A stretch of DNA of 64,000 bases from an uncultured Alphaproteobacteria bacterium (GCA_963808525.1 CAWEGE010000014.1:52736-116735), one strand, 5' to 3'; positions 30,583 through 41,057 are shown, numbered from the stretch's first letter. Numbers and translations: made by a program. The notes: generated by a model from the sequence alone, not told the origin.

Positions 30583-31675
30583 CGTCGCTTAGGCCGCCCA
30601 GCATATTCGCCAACGCTTCTGGATAGATCAGCTCCTTTGACGCGGCGATGTCCTCCGGACGCCACCATTTCCAGCCGAGCACGTAAGACGCCTCGCCCTC
30701 CGTGAGCGCACTCAAATCGGGCTCGAAATTCTCGCAGCACACGAGATAATAGCGTTCCACGCCCTGCACCCATCCGCTGGGCAGCAGCAGCGGGAACTCG
30801 CGCGAGGCGATGGCAGCGCCGACGTCGACGCCTGAGAGCCCCGTCTCCTCGCGAATTTCACGCGCGGCGCAGGCTTCGAAACTCTCTCCGGCCTCGCGCG
30901 CGCCGCCGGGCTGTCCCCAAAAATGCGCATAGCCCTGCGCTGCGACGTCCGGCAGGATGCGGCTCGCGAATTTGAGCAGCAGCGTCTCGCCCCTCGGGTT
31001 GACGAGCAGCGCGCGCGACGCCTCGCGTCGCGTGAGCGTGATCGCTTCGTAAGGCGCGAGGATCGGCGCGCGCGTGTCGGCGCGCGCCCAATCGACGAGC
31101 GACCACTTGTCGTTCTCGAAGGCAAACCAGTTCGGCGCGGCGTTGAGCGCGGGAAGCGAGCGGGGCTCGTCGAGGCGCTTCTCCATCGCCATGCGCCAGG
31201 CGATGTCGAGCACGCCGGCATGCACGACGACGAGCAGCGTCTCGCCGGGATGGGCGGCTGCGATCTTCGTAAGGCCCGAGCGCACGCGCGCGGCGAAGCG
31301 CATCAGCGTCTCGCCGCCCGGCGCCCATAATCCGCGCGGCGGTCGAGGTAATGGCGGTAATCTTCGGGGTAGCGCGCCGCCACCTCCCTCATAACTCAAG
31401 CCGTGCCAAAGGCCGTCGTGCTTCTCGCGCAGCTCGGGTCTTTGCACGAGGGTCATGCCGCGCCGCGCCGCATGCGGCTGCGCCGTCGCGACGGCGCGCG
31501 ACAGATCGCTCGAGTAGATCCGGTCGAAGGCGCGTTCTGCGAGCTCCAAGTCGAGCGCGGTCGCCTGCATGCGGCCCTTGTGGTTCAGAGCAATGTCGAG
31601 CTGACCCTGGAAACGCCTCTCGAGATTCCAATTCGTCTCGCCATGGCGGGCGAGGCAGAGCAATGTTGGGGGCAT
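30536..31675 (-). CDS. Histidine phosphatase (PGM family) fused to a NUDIX hydrolase
   Basis: RHGETNWN, SSDLSRA and VVHAGV; C-terminal Nudix box GGAREAGESFEACAAREIREETG. Compensating +1/-1 indels at 31325-31385 scramble YEEVAARYPEDY. Confidence 0.85.
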   Translation of the reverse strand: MPPTLLCLARHGETNWNLERRFQGQLDIALNHKGRMQATALDLELAERAFDRIYSSDLSRAVATAQPHAARRGMTLVQRPELREKHDGLWHGLSYEGGGGALPRRLPPLPRPPRGLWAPGGETLMRFAARVRSGLTKIAAAHPGETLLVVVHAGVLDIAWRMAMEKRLDEPRSLPALNAAPNWFAFENDKWSLVDWARADTRAPILAPYEAITLTRREASRALLVNPRGETLLLKFASRILPDVAAQGYAHFWGQPGGAREAGESFEACAAREIREETGLSGVDVGAAIASREFPLLLPSGWVQGVERYYLVCCENFEPDLSALTEGEASYVLGWKWWRPEDIAASKELIYPEALANMLGGLSDAAPSLALPRKRERGP

Positions 31676-31791
31676 GTCGGGCGGGCTTTTCCCAAAAAAG
31701 GGGGCGGCCGCGGGCGCCCGGAGCGTTCCAGGGCTCGCCTATCGGCCGATTTGCGCCGCCTGGCAAGCCGGAAACTCGTCAAAGACCTGCG

Positions 31792-32283
31792 TCATGGCGA
31801 CGCCGGCGACAGCCATCCCGCTATCTCGGGTCCGTCGAGGAGACCCGCCGCGGTGACGACCCTGCCGTTCGCATCGATCAGCGCGGTGAAGGGAAGCTCG
31901 CCGCGCCAGATTCGATCGACCTCGAAGAAAAGCCTGTCGAGAAAATCGTCGGCGAAGCCGTAATGAAGCGCGCCCGCCAGTCCCGCCTTCTCGAGGCGCG
32001 CGCCGGCTTTCACGCGGTCCGACTCTCCATCCACATTGACGAAGACGATGTTGAGCCCTTTTTTCTGGGCTGCGAGCCGCGCCCAGTCGGAGAGTTCCGC
32101 GATGCAGGGCGCGCAGGTCACGGACCAAAAATGCACCAGGAGCGGCCGGCCCTCATGGGCCTGGCGCAGCTCTGCGAAGGTTCCGCGCGCGTAGGGCTGG
32201 AACTCGAGCCCCGACGCCGGCGCGGCCATTGCGACGAAAAGCGTTGCAATGGCCGCGAGACGGCGCGCGCAGCCGAGCCGCAT
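31792..32283 (-). CDS. Exported TlpA/ResA-like thioredoxin
   Basis: Signal peptide; LLVHFWSVTCAPCIAEL (CxxC); ELPFTALID cis-Pro loop. Confidence 0.85.
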   Translation of the reverse strand: MRLGCARRLAAIATLFVAMAAPASGLEFQPYARGTFAELRQAHEGRPLLVHFWSVTCAPCIAELSDWARLAAQKKGLNIVFVNVDGESDRVKAGARLEKAGLAGALHYGFADDFLDRLFFEVDRIWRGELPFTALIDANGRVVTAAGLLDGPEIAGWLSPASP

Positions 32284-32389
32284 GCTCGCGCTTATGTCCT
32301 CGTGAGCGCGGATGGCGCGCCGGGCCTCATGCCGATCCCCCTTTTCGTCGGGCTTGGACGATCGGCATCGCGGCGCGGTCATGTCGAAA

Positions 32390-32809
32390 CTAGTGAAACT
32401 TGAAAGTCTGGCCGATATCCATGCCGCCGCCCGGCGGGCGAGGCGCTGTGACCTGGGCGAGAATGCGCTTGACGGCGGCCGCGTGCAGCTCGCTCGTCGT
32501 CTTGTCGATGGTCACCTTGTCGATCTTGCCGGTCGCATCGACATGGAAGCTCGCGGTCGTCTCGCCCTCGCCGAGCTCCTTCTCCTCCTCCGAGGCGCTC
32601 TGCTTCGCGATTTCAGCGTAGAGCGCGGCGAGGAACTTGCTCTCGGAGCGGAACTCCTCCTTCGGGGGCGTGGGCGACGCGGTCTCGGCAGGCTTTGGCG
32701 CTGCGGGCGCCGCTGCGGCCGGCGGTGGCGGCGCGGATTGCGCGAAGGCGCTCGCAGACCAAAGCGACAGGGCCAGCGCGACGCCCCGAGAAACAGGTTT
32801 GGGGATCAT
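32390..32809 (-). CDS. Signal-peptide protein consisting of a TonB C-terminal-like domain (paralog 3)
   Basis: Signal peptide ending SAFA-Q; Pro/Ala linker; FLAALYAEI..GETTASFHVDATGKIDKVTI..PPGGG..GQTFKFH. Confidence 0.7.
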   Translation of the reverse strand: MIPKPVSRGVALALSLWSASAFAQSAPPPPAAAAPAAPKPAETASPTPPKEEFRSESKFLAALYAEIAKQSASEEEKELGEGETTASFHVDATGKIDKVTIDKTTSELHAAAVKRILAQVTAPRPPGGGMDIGQTFKFH

Positions 32810-32820
32810 GGCGGCGCCGA

Positions 32821-33291
32821 TCAATGGAACACGACGCTTTGATAGGCGGAGAAAGACCCGCCGGGCGGCAGCGGAGCCTTGGTCGCAGCAATGGCCTTCT
32901 GAAGCAGCTGGGAATGAGCGGGCGACGAGCCCTTGCAAGCGATGCCCGAGGTCACGCCGCTCGCCGTCACGAGAAACCGGCAGGAAGCGTTGCCGGCGCC
33001 GACGGACGCATTCGCCGGCACATGCGCACGCACCGCAGCCGCGAGCTTCATCATATAGGCGGGATCGGCGTGAGGAGGCTGCTCGGCGTGAGCGGCGGCG
33101 GCTACGCCCGCCTTCTGTTCGGTGGCGGCCGCACCCGCGGCGGCCGGGTGTTTCTCTGCGGGAACGGCGCTTGCCGCCGCCGGAGCCTCCTGAGCCTGAC
33201 CCGAGCCTGCGGCGCCGGTTTGCTCCTCCGCGTAAGCCACGCTGCCAACGCAGAAGAAAACCACAATCAAAGCGACCGAGATCTTCCGCAT
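32821..33291 (-). CDS. Signal-peptide protein consisting of a TonB C-terminal-like domain (paralog 2)
   Basis: Signal peptide ending VAYA-E; Ala-rich linker; YMMKLAAAVRAHVP..ASCRFLV..IACKGS..PPGGSFSAYQSVVFH, alignable by eye to 33437..34147. Confidence 0.7.
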   Translation of the reverse strand: MRKISVALIVVFFCVGSVAYAEEQTGAAGSGQAQEAPAAASAVPAEKHPAAAGAAATEQKAGVAAAAHAEQPPHADPAYMMKLAAAVRAHVPANASVGAGNASCRFLVTASGVTSGIACKGSSPAHSQLLQKAIAATKAPLPPGGSFSAYQSVVFH

Positions 33292-33436
33292 CTTTCCCCC
33301 TTTGCCGCATCGACGCCAAACCGGGGCGCGTTGGAGGCGCATTTTCCCTGCTGACGAGAAACCAAATTTTACTAATCTCTGCGCGGAACGCCCTCCTTCT
33401 CCCCGCGCGAGGGGCCGCACGGAGAGAAGGTCGCCG

Positions 33437-34143
33437 TCAATGGAAATTGACCGACTGCGAGGCGAAGAAACCGCCACCCGGCGGCGCCGGCGCGTGTACC
33501 GAGGCGATGGCGGTATGGAGCAGCGAAGCATGCGCCGGGGTCGAGCCCGAGCATCCAATGCCCGACATCCCGCCCCCGGGGCCCACGTGGAAGCTGCAGC
33601 TGGCGTGACCCGGACCCAGCGTCGACGAGCTCGGCACATGTCGCCTGATCGCCGCCGACAACAGCGCTGCATAGGAGGCGCGCGTAAGGCCGCCAATGTT
33701 CGTCTGACCGCCTTCAATGCCGAGCCTGTGGCGTTCCTGGGCCTGTTGCCTGCGTCCTGACTGAACTTCCTGACGCTTTTCGACAACCTTCTTTTGCTGC
33801 TCGGTGACCTGATTCTTAGCAGGCAAAGGCGGCGCGTCGGGATGCATGACGAGCGGCGGCGGGATCGCGAAGTCCGGCTGCTCCACCGCCTCGGGCGGCA
33901 GAACCTCGTCCATCTCGACCTGCTCCACCGATTCGAACTGGTCGCCCTCGGGAATGAGGTCAGCGCCCACTTCATCGAGCGGGACGATCTTATCGAGGGC
34001 GAAATTCATGAACAGCACGCCGAGCGCCAAATGGGCGAGGAGCACGGCGGCGATCGCGACAGGCTCGAGCCAGCGCGGGCGGATGGGCGTAAAGGCGTTC
34101 TCGGACGCTTCATGGCCGAAGGTTGGGAGGGCTGCGAGGTCTG

Positions 34144-34147
<4 letters not shown>
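33437..34147 (-). CDS. tonB: TonB/TolA-like energy transducer
   Basis: N-terminal TM with AxxxHxAL (VLLAHLAL); Pro/Glu-rich spacer; C-terminal domain; directly after exbD. Confidence 0.75.
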
Positions 34148-34649
<502 letters not shown>

Positions 34650-34650
<1 letters not shown>

Positions 34651-35291
34651 TAAGCAGCCTCCTTCTTACGCGGGGCGACCGGCCGGTCCGAAACATGCGA
34701 GAGCGCGACGTCCTCGATCCAATGGGAGACCTGCTGGCCGACGCGCCCGAAGGCCGCGCCGATGCGGTTATAGCCCACCGCCGCGGGAATGGCCGCGAAG
34801 AGGCCATAGGCGGTCGTGGCGAGCGCTTCCGCAATGCCCGGCGCGACGACCGCAAGGCTCGTGTCCTGCGCCTGCGCGATGCTCGCGAAGCTCGACATGA
34901 TGCCCCACACCGTGCCGAAGAGGCCGATGAAGGGCGCGGTCGACGAGATGATCGCGAGATTGGGCAGGCCGCCTTCTTCCCTGGAGAGAAGTTCGCGCGC
35001 CGCGCGGCTCATCTGCTCGGCGATGCGCTCCCGCCGTTCGTTGGCCGATTCCCCCTCAACATTGAGCGCCGCGGCGCTCTTGCCCATCGCGTCGATCGGC
35101 GCGAGCACGCCGACGTCGCCGCCCGAGCGCGCCGTTTGCGCGGAGCGGCCGATCTTCGCGATGGAATAGGCGCCCATCACGATGAGCACCCAGGTGTAGA
35201 TCGAGGCGGCGAGCAGGAGCAGGATGACCGACTTGCCGACGAGGCCCGCCGCATAGAACATCGTCAGCGGATTGATGGATGAATAGTCCAT
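34650..35291 (-). CDS. exbB: MotA/TolQ/ExbB proton channel
   Basis: APFIGLFGTVWGIM and PGIAEALATTAYGLFAAIPA motifs. Confidence 0.92.
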
Positions 35292-35422
35292 GGTCTTGGT
35301 GTTCCCTGATAACCCTTGCTCCGCCGCTCTCTGCGGACGTCGGGTGTTCTTCTTGCTTATTGGCCGCGCGGCGCGAAATTCTCGCGTGAGCAGGCCGGAT
35401 GTGAGACGATCGGGAGGGGGAG

Positions 35423-35818
35423 TTAGGCGGCCGGCGGCGCGCGCGCGCCGTTGGCGGCCGGCGCCGCCACGGGCTTGATGGCGCTCGCCTCATAGTCGGC
35501 GTAGCCGATGCGCGACGCGTTACGCCGCTCAGGCCGCGCAGAGGAAGCGCTTCGCAGAGGGAGCACGGCCGTTCCCATCCCTAGATGGGCGGCCAGGCAA
35601 CAATCGGGGCAACCGGGAAGTCCCGAGTGGCCCGGCGCATGCTGGGAGCCGGCCTTTTCAGGCGACGCCGCTAGGGCGCCTTTCGCCATGTGGTGGGGAC
35701 ATTCCACCACTGCGCCCCGCACGGCCGACGCCGGACGCGAAAAAGCGGGGCCGAGCAGCCCGACCGTCACGGCGCAAATGGCGGCGAGGACGAAAAACGC
35801 CCTTACACGCACACTCAT
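35423..35818 (-). CDS. DUF2946/CruR-like leader protein with CxxC and C-terminal RAPP
   Basis: Hydrophobic N-terminus, CPHH, His residues, GCPDCC; ends NGARAPPAA*. The stop lies about 130 nt upstream of exbB. Alternative start at 35836. Confidence 0.75.
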   Translation of the reverse strand: MSVRVRAFFVLAAICAVTVGLLGPAFSRPASAVRGAVVECPHHMAKGALAASPEKAGSQHAPGHSGLPGCPDCCLAAHLGMGTAVLPLRSASSARPERRNASRIGYADYEASAIKPVAAPAANGARAPPAA

Positions 35819-35842
35819 TTCGGCCCCTTGTGACATACTTGT

Positions 35843-35871
35843 CTCTTAGCGGAATTTTTAACTTCTGACAA
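35843..35871 (-). promoter_or_regulatory. Possible sigma70 promoter of the DUF2946-exbBD-tonB operon
   Basis: Minus strand TTGTCA-N17-TAAGAG just upstream of the leader ORF. Confidence 0.35.
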
Positions 35872-36000
35872 CGACTAGTCTTGCAGACAATCGCGCCAAA
35901 AAGGGCAAGACCTATTCGGGTTCCGCCCAAGAAGCAACAAATCGCGGGCGGTAGCCCCATCGGAAGTGAAGACCCGCTTCCTCTCCGCGCCGCGAAGCTT

Positions 36001-37038
36001 TCACGGCTTCGCCGACGGAGCAGCAGGCGCAGGCGCGTTGGACTGCGCCGAAGCTTTGGCTGCTCTTTGATCCTGCCAGGCGATCAGCCGATCCACTTCC
36101 TCGAGCCCCTTCTTGGCTTCCAGGAAATCCGGCCTGACCTTCAGGATCGCCAAATAATCCGCCTTCGCGCGCGGAAGGTCCTTCTTGATGCGGAACACGC
36201 TCGCGCGATTGTAGAGAGCTGGAACGACCGTCGGATCGATTTTAAGGGCTGCGTCATAATCGGCGATCGCCTTGTCGAGATCGCCCTTGCTGCGCCAAGC
36301 GGAGCCGCGGTCGACGAAAGCGACGACCGATTTTGGATCGCGCTTCAAGCCTTCGGTGAAATCGGCGATCGCGCGATCGAAATCCTTGGTCTCGAGATAG
36401 AGGTCGCCGCGTGAGAGATAAGGCGCAGCGGTCTTGTCGTATTTGACGGCCTCCGCGAAATCGGCGAGCGCCTTCTCTTCCTTGCGCTCCTGCATGTAGA
36501 TCTTGGCGCGGGCGGTGAACGCCGGTCCATAGGTCGGGTTGAGCTTCAAGGCCTCGCCGAAGTCGGCGATCGCGCCGTCGAAGTCGTGCAGCCCGTAGCG
36601 CGCCGCGCCGCGGCCGATATAGAAGTCCGGGTTCTTGGGCTCGAGCTTGATCGCCGCGTCGAGATCCTTGACGGCCGCAGCGTAGTCCCCCTGCCCGCGA
36701 TAGGCCGCGGCGCGCGCCGAAAGCGCGTTCCCGGATTTCGGCTCGATCTCCAGAGCTTTGGTGAAATCGGCGTAGGCATGGTCGTAGTCGCGTTTCGCAG
36801 CATAGGCGTTGGCGCGGTTGTAGAAGGCCGCCGCCTTGTTGTGCGCCGTCTCCTTGGACCCGAAGCTCGCGATGATCTTCGAGCAGGCGTCGATCGCCGC
36901 ATCGGGGACCGGACCGCTGCAGGCGGGCCAGCCTTGGGCTAGCTGCGCGCGCGCAGCCAGCGGCGCCGAGCAGAGGACAAACGCCAGAGAGGCGACTGCG
37001 AGCGCCCAACGGGACGGGCCTGAAAATCGAGCGATCAT
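36001..37038 (-). CDS. Exported tetratricopeptide repeat protein
   Basis: Signal peptide, CSG...AIDACS, and about 7 TPR units (AIADF..AL.L.P). Confidence 0.9.
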   Translation of the reverse strand: MIARFSGPSRWALAVASLAFVLCSAPLAARAQLAQGWPACSGPVPDAAIDACSKIIASFGSKETAHNKAAAFYNRANAYAAKRDYDHAYADFTKALEIEPKSGNALSARAAAYRGQGDYAAAVKDLDAAIKLEPKNPDFYIGRGAARYGLHDFDGAIADFGEALKLNPTYGPAFTARAKIYMQERKEEKALADFAEAVKYDKTAAPYLSRGDLYLETKDFDRAIADFTEGLKRDPKSVVAFVDRGSAWRSKGDLDKAIADYDAALKIDPTVVPALYNRASVFRIKKDLPRAKADYLAILKVRPDFLEAKKGLEEVDRLIAWQDQRAAKASAQSNAPAPAAPSAKP

Positions 37039-37314
37039 TTTCTCTTCCTCCGCATCAGGAAAGGCGCGGCTCATGGCCGGCGGCGCGCACCGAACATTGC
37101 AGACCTTGCGCTCCGAGGGAAGGCGCTTTGCGTTCATTTTGGGCGCGTAGCGGGCCGAGCGCGCACGAAAACCCTTGCAATCGCCAAGGACTCTGGTGCT
37201 AGAAACGCGGCTCGCTCGCCGCCGTGCCTGTTGCTTGGCGAGGCGGCTGCAAAGCTTAAGGCTCGGGCATGGCTCGCGCTAGAGGCGAGGGATATTGCGC
37301 TTTCTGAGGAAAAA

Positions 37315-37989
37315 ATGCCCGAAGTGATCTTCAGCGGCCCGGCCGGCAGGCTCGAGGGCCGTTTTCATCAATCTGCGACCCGCGGCGCGCCGATCGCGAT
37401 CATCTTGCATCCGCATCCGCAGTTCGGCGGCACGATGAATAATCAGATCGTCTATCACCTCTATTACGCCTTCGCCGAACGTGGCTTCTCCGTGCTGCGC
37501 TTCAATTTCCGCGGCGTGGGACGCAGCCAGGGGATGTTCGATCACGGCGCGGGCGAGCTTTCCGACGCCGCCGCGGCGCTCGACTGGGCGCAGGCCGTCA
37601 ATCCCGAGGCGCGCGCCTGCTGGATCGCCGGCGTCTCTTTCGGCTCCTGGATCGGTATGCAGCTTCTGATGCGTCGTCCGGAGATCGAGGGCTTCGTCTC
37701 GGTCGCGCCGCCGGCGAACCGCTTCGACTATTCCTTCCTTGCCCCCTGCCCTTCCTCGGGACTCTTCATCCACGGAGACATCGATCGCGTCGCGCCGCTC
37801 AAAGAGGTGACCGGCCTGATCGAGAAGCTCAAGACCCAGAAGGGCATCTCGATCGAGCATGCCGTCGTGAAAGGCGCGAACCATTTTTTCGAGAACAAGA
37901 TCGATCCGCTGATCGCCGAGGTCTCGAACTATCTCGACAAGCGGCTCGGCAATCCGACGAAGATCGCGATCCCCGCGCGCGGAGACTGA
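37315..37989 (+). CDS. Conserved alpha/beta hydrolase (COG2945-like)
   Basis: MPEVIFSGPAGRLEGR, HPHPQFGGTMNN, GVSFG and GANHFF motifs. Confidence 0.9.
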   Translation: MPEVIFSGPAGRLEGRFHQSATRGAPIAIILHPHPQFGGTMNNQIVYHLYYAFAERGFSVLRFNFRGVGRSQGMFDHGAGELSDAAAALDWAQAVNPEARACWIAGVSFGSWIGMQLLMRRPEIEGFVSVAPPANRFDYSFLAPCPSSGLFIHGDIDRVAPLKEVTGLIEKLKTQKGISIEHAVVKGANHFFENKIDPLIAEVSNYLDKRLGNPTKIAIPARGD

Positions 37990-38013
37990 GGCGCGATTGC
38001 GCGGGAGGGCGCC

Positions 38014-38516
38014 ATGCCGCTAGAAGTCAGGACTTCCCAATGCGGCTGCGGGCGCGTTCGCTGCGAAAGCCGCGGCGAGCCGATCCTCTCCGTCGTCTGC
38101 TACTGCCTCGACTGTCAGGAAGGCGGCCGGCGCATCGAAGCGCTGCCGGGCGCCCGCGCGTGCTCGATGACGACGGCGGCGCACCTTATCTCCTCTACCG
38201 CAACGATCGCTTTCGCTGCGTTGCGGGCGAGGAGCTTCTCGTCGACCATCGGCTGAAGCCGAATTCGCCAACGCGCCGCGTCGTCGCGAGCTGCTGCAAC
38301 TCGGGGATGTTCCTCAAATTCGATCCGGGCTTCTGGGTTTCGAGCTATCGCCATCGCTATGATGGCGAGCTGCCGCCCATCGATATGCGAACGAACGTCA
38401 GGAGACGCCGCGCGACGACGCCACTGCCGAGCGACGCGCCTTGTTATCGAAGCTTCCCGTTAAAGCTGATCGCGAAATTGATCGGCGCGCGGGTCGCCAT
38501 GCTGCTCGGACATTGA
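38014..38516 (+). CDS. GFA/CENP-V-like Zn-binding protein, frameshift near 38155
   Basis: CGCGRVR, CYCLDCQ and TRRVVASCCNSGMF in two successive frames. Confidence 0.7.
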
Positions 38517-38645
38517 GTCGGAGGCGCCGCCGCAAAACACGAAAAGCGACGGGCGCTCGAAGCGCTCGCGGGCGTCGCGTCAAGCCCCTGCGCGATTTGG
38601 GCCCCGGCCCCGCTTCGATTTCCAAAGCGGGGTCGCAGCGATGTC

Positions 38646-40052
38646 TTAGTAGCGGTAATGCTCCGGCTTGAACGGGCCATTGAGCGGCAGGTTCAGATAG
38701 ACCGCCTGCGCGTCCGTCATCTTGGTCAGCTTCACGCCGATCTTGTCGAGATGCAGCGCCGCGACCTTCTCGTCGAGGCGTTTGGGCAGCGTGTAGACGC
38801 CAACCGGATATTGGCCCTGCTTCGTCCAAAGCTCGATCTGCGCGAGCGTCTGATTGGTGAAGGAGGCCGACATCACAAAGGACGGATGACCCGTCGCGCA
38901 GCCCAGGTTCACAAGGCGCCCTTCGGCGAGCAGGATGATGCGCTTGCCGTCCGCGAACTCGACCTCGTCCACCTGCGGCTTAACGTTGTGCCACTTGAGA
39001 TTGCGCAGGCCCGCGACCTGAATCTCCGAGTCGAAGTGGCCGATGTTGCAGACGATGGCGCGGTCCTTCATCGCGCGCATGTGCTCGGTGGTGATGACGT
39101 CCACATTGCCCGTCGCGGTGCAAAAGATGTCGGCGCGCGTCGCCGCGTCCTCCATCGTCGTGACCTCATAGCCTTCCATCGCGGCCTGCAGCGCGCAGAT
39201 GGGATCGATCTCGGTCACGATCACTCGGCAGCCGGCGTTGCGCAGCGAGGCGGCCGAGCCCTTGCCGACGTCGCCGAAGCCCGCGATGCAGGCGACTTTG
39301 CCCGCCATCATGACGTCGGTCGCGCGGCGGATGCCGTCGACGAGCGACTCGCGGCAGCCGTAGAGATTGTCGAACTTCGACTTCGTCACCGAGTCGTTGA
39401 CGTTGATCGCCGGCCAGAGGAGCTTGCCCTCCTTATGCATCGTGTAGAGGCGATGCACACCGGTCGTCGTCTCCTCGGTGACGCCCTTGATCGCCACGGC
39501 GTTGCGCCCATACCAGCCGGGATTGGACTTCAGGCGCTTCTTGATCGAGGCGAAGAGAACCTCCTCTTCCTCATTCGTCGCCTTGTCGAGAAAGGCGGTG
39601 TCGCCCTGCTCCGCGCGCAGGCCCAAATGGATGAGCAGCGTCGCGTCGCCCCCGTCGTCCAGGATCATGTTCGGGAAGCCGCCGTCGCCCCATTCGAAGA
39701 TCTTATGCGTGTAGTCCCAATAATCCTCGAGGCTCTCGCCCTTGCGCGCGAAGACCGGGGTGCCCGTGGCGGCGATCGCCGCGGCGGCGTGATCCTGCGT
39801 CGAATAAATGTTGCAGGAGGCCCAGCGCACATCCGCGCCGAGCGCCTTCAGCGTCTCGATCAGCACGGCGGTCTGGATCGTCATGTGCAAGGAGCCCGCG
39901 ATGCGCGCGCCCTTGAGCGGCTGCGCCGCGCCATATTCCGCGCGCGTCGCCATGAGGCCGGGCATTTCGGTCTCGGCGATGGCAAGTTCCTTGCGGCCCC
40001 AATCGGCAAGGCCGATGTCGGCGACGGCGTAGTCGTTGAAGTGGCTGGTCAT
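38646..40052 (-). CDS. ahcY: Adenosylhomocysteinase
   Basis: [42 protein letters not shown] and GCATGHPS motifs. Confidence 0.98.
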   Translation of the reverse strand: MTSHFNDYAVADIGLADWGRKELAIAETEMPGLMATRAEYGAAQPLKGARIAGSLHMTIQTAVLIETLKALGADVRWASCNIYSTQDHAAAAIAATGTPVFARKGESLEDYWDYTHKIFEWGDGGFPNMILDDGGDATLLIHLGLRAEQGDTAFLDKATNEEEEVLFASIKKRLKSNPGWYGRNAVAIKGVTEETTTGVHRLYTMHKEGKLLWPAINVNDSVTKSKFDNLYGCRESLVDGIRRATDVMMAGKVACIAGFGDVGKGSAASLRNAGCRVIVTEIDPICALQAAMEGYEVTTMEDAATRADIFCTATGNVDVITTEHMRAMKDRAIVCNIGHFDSEIQVAGLRNLKWHNVKPQVDEVEFADGKRIILLAEGRLVNLGCATGHPSFVMSASFTNQTLAQIELWTKQGQYPVGVYTLPKRLDEKVAALHLDKIGVKLTKMTDAQAVYLNLPLNGPFKPEHYRY

Positions 40053-40516
40053 ATGTTCCCTCGAATTGGCGAGGCCGCAAAGCCGGAGCGGCCAGCCCGC
40101 CCGAGCCGGGGGGCGACCGGCCTATAGCGCAGGGAATACCGCGATGCAATAAAGATATGTGCAAGTCTTTATATCAACCGCCGCTGCCCTCATCCAAAGC
40201 GCAGGGCTATCCCTCAAATCGCTCCGAGATCTGGCGCTGGAGCAACTCCAGCACGCGGCGGGCAGTCTGGCGGACCTCTCGCGATATTCCTCATCGGCGA
40301 TCTTGCTGAGCCAAGGCCCGAGGCTCGAGGTTGCCTCGTAAGCGCAACGATCGCACTTTAAGCGAGCGCGTCCAGTCTCAAGCACTAAGCTTTGGCTATG
40401 AGTTCAGGATCTCCCTGGCGTCGTGCGCCGCGCTGGCGTTTGGTCGATTCGGGATTATATTGGCGGAGAGGCCGCAAGCGAAGCGGCATTTGAAAAGCAT
40501 AGAAGGGAAATCGGCG

Positions 40517-40603
40517 ATGCCGAAGGGTCTTTTGTCCCTCGTCCTGCTTGGAGCCTTTATATTCTTCGTCGGTGCTTCGCTGATGGGCTGGGCTTTGGGC
40601 TAA
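40517..40603 (+). CDS. 28-aa single-TM small protein
   Basis: MPKGLLSLVLLGAFIFFVGASLMGWALG with upstream GAAGGG. Confidence 0.45.
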   Translation: MPKGLLSLVLLGAFIFFVGASLMGWALG

Positions 40604-40865
40604 TCTCGCGCCAGCGCAGGCGACGCAGGCCGGCGCCCCGCTCTTCGACGGTGTTCAATTGCGCCTGCCCCTGCGAGTCCCGGGGAACTCTATGTGCGGC
40701 GTTCGCTCGAAAACCCGCAAATGACGCAAGGATCCCTTTAGATTGCGCACGGTTTCCCGAAAAGCGTTCACACGGCGTTCAGACGCCTGGGCTTAACTCT
40801 GCTGGCGGCGCGAAGAGTCGCGCAGCCATCCTGGCGGAACTTTCACCGCCGGAAGAGGAGGATCA

Positions 40866-41057
40866 ATGAGGACAATTCTCGCCGCCGCGGGGCTCGCCGC
40901 GCTTGTGTTCGCCGAATTCGCGACGCTCTCCGTCATCACCGCCGAGCCCGCCAACGCCGCCGTTTGCGCGCGTGGATGGCGCGGCGCGGGCTGCGTGGGG
41001 CCTCGCGGCGCGGTGGCCGTTCGCCGCCCGCCGGTGCGCGTCTATCGCCGCTGGTGA
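40866..41057 (+). CDS. 63-aa exported basic peptide with a CARG..GC.GP.G motif
   Basis: Strong RBS GAGGAG; signal peptide ending PANA; mature AVCARGWRGAGCVGPRGAVAVRRPPVRVYRRW. Confidence 0.75.
   Translation: MRTILAAAGLAALVFAEFATLSVITAEPANAAVCARGWRGAGCVGPRGAVAVRRPPVRVYRRW

Noticed and set aside
40053-40330. SAH riboswitch upstream of ahcY
   Set aside because: The GC-rich leader contains GGCTCGG, but I could not find the rest of the SAH riboswitch consensus. An Infernal scan against the Rfam SAH model would settle it.
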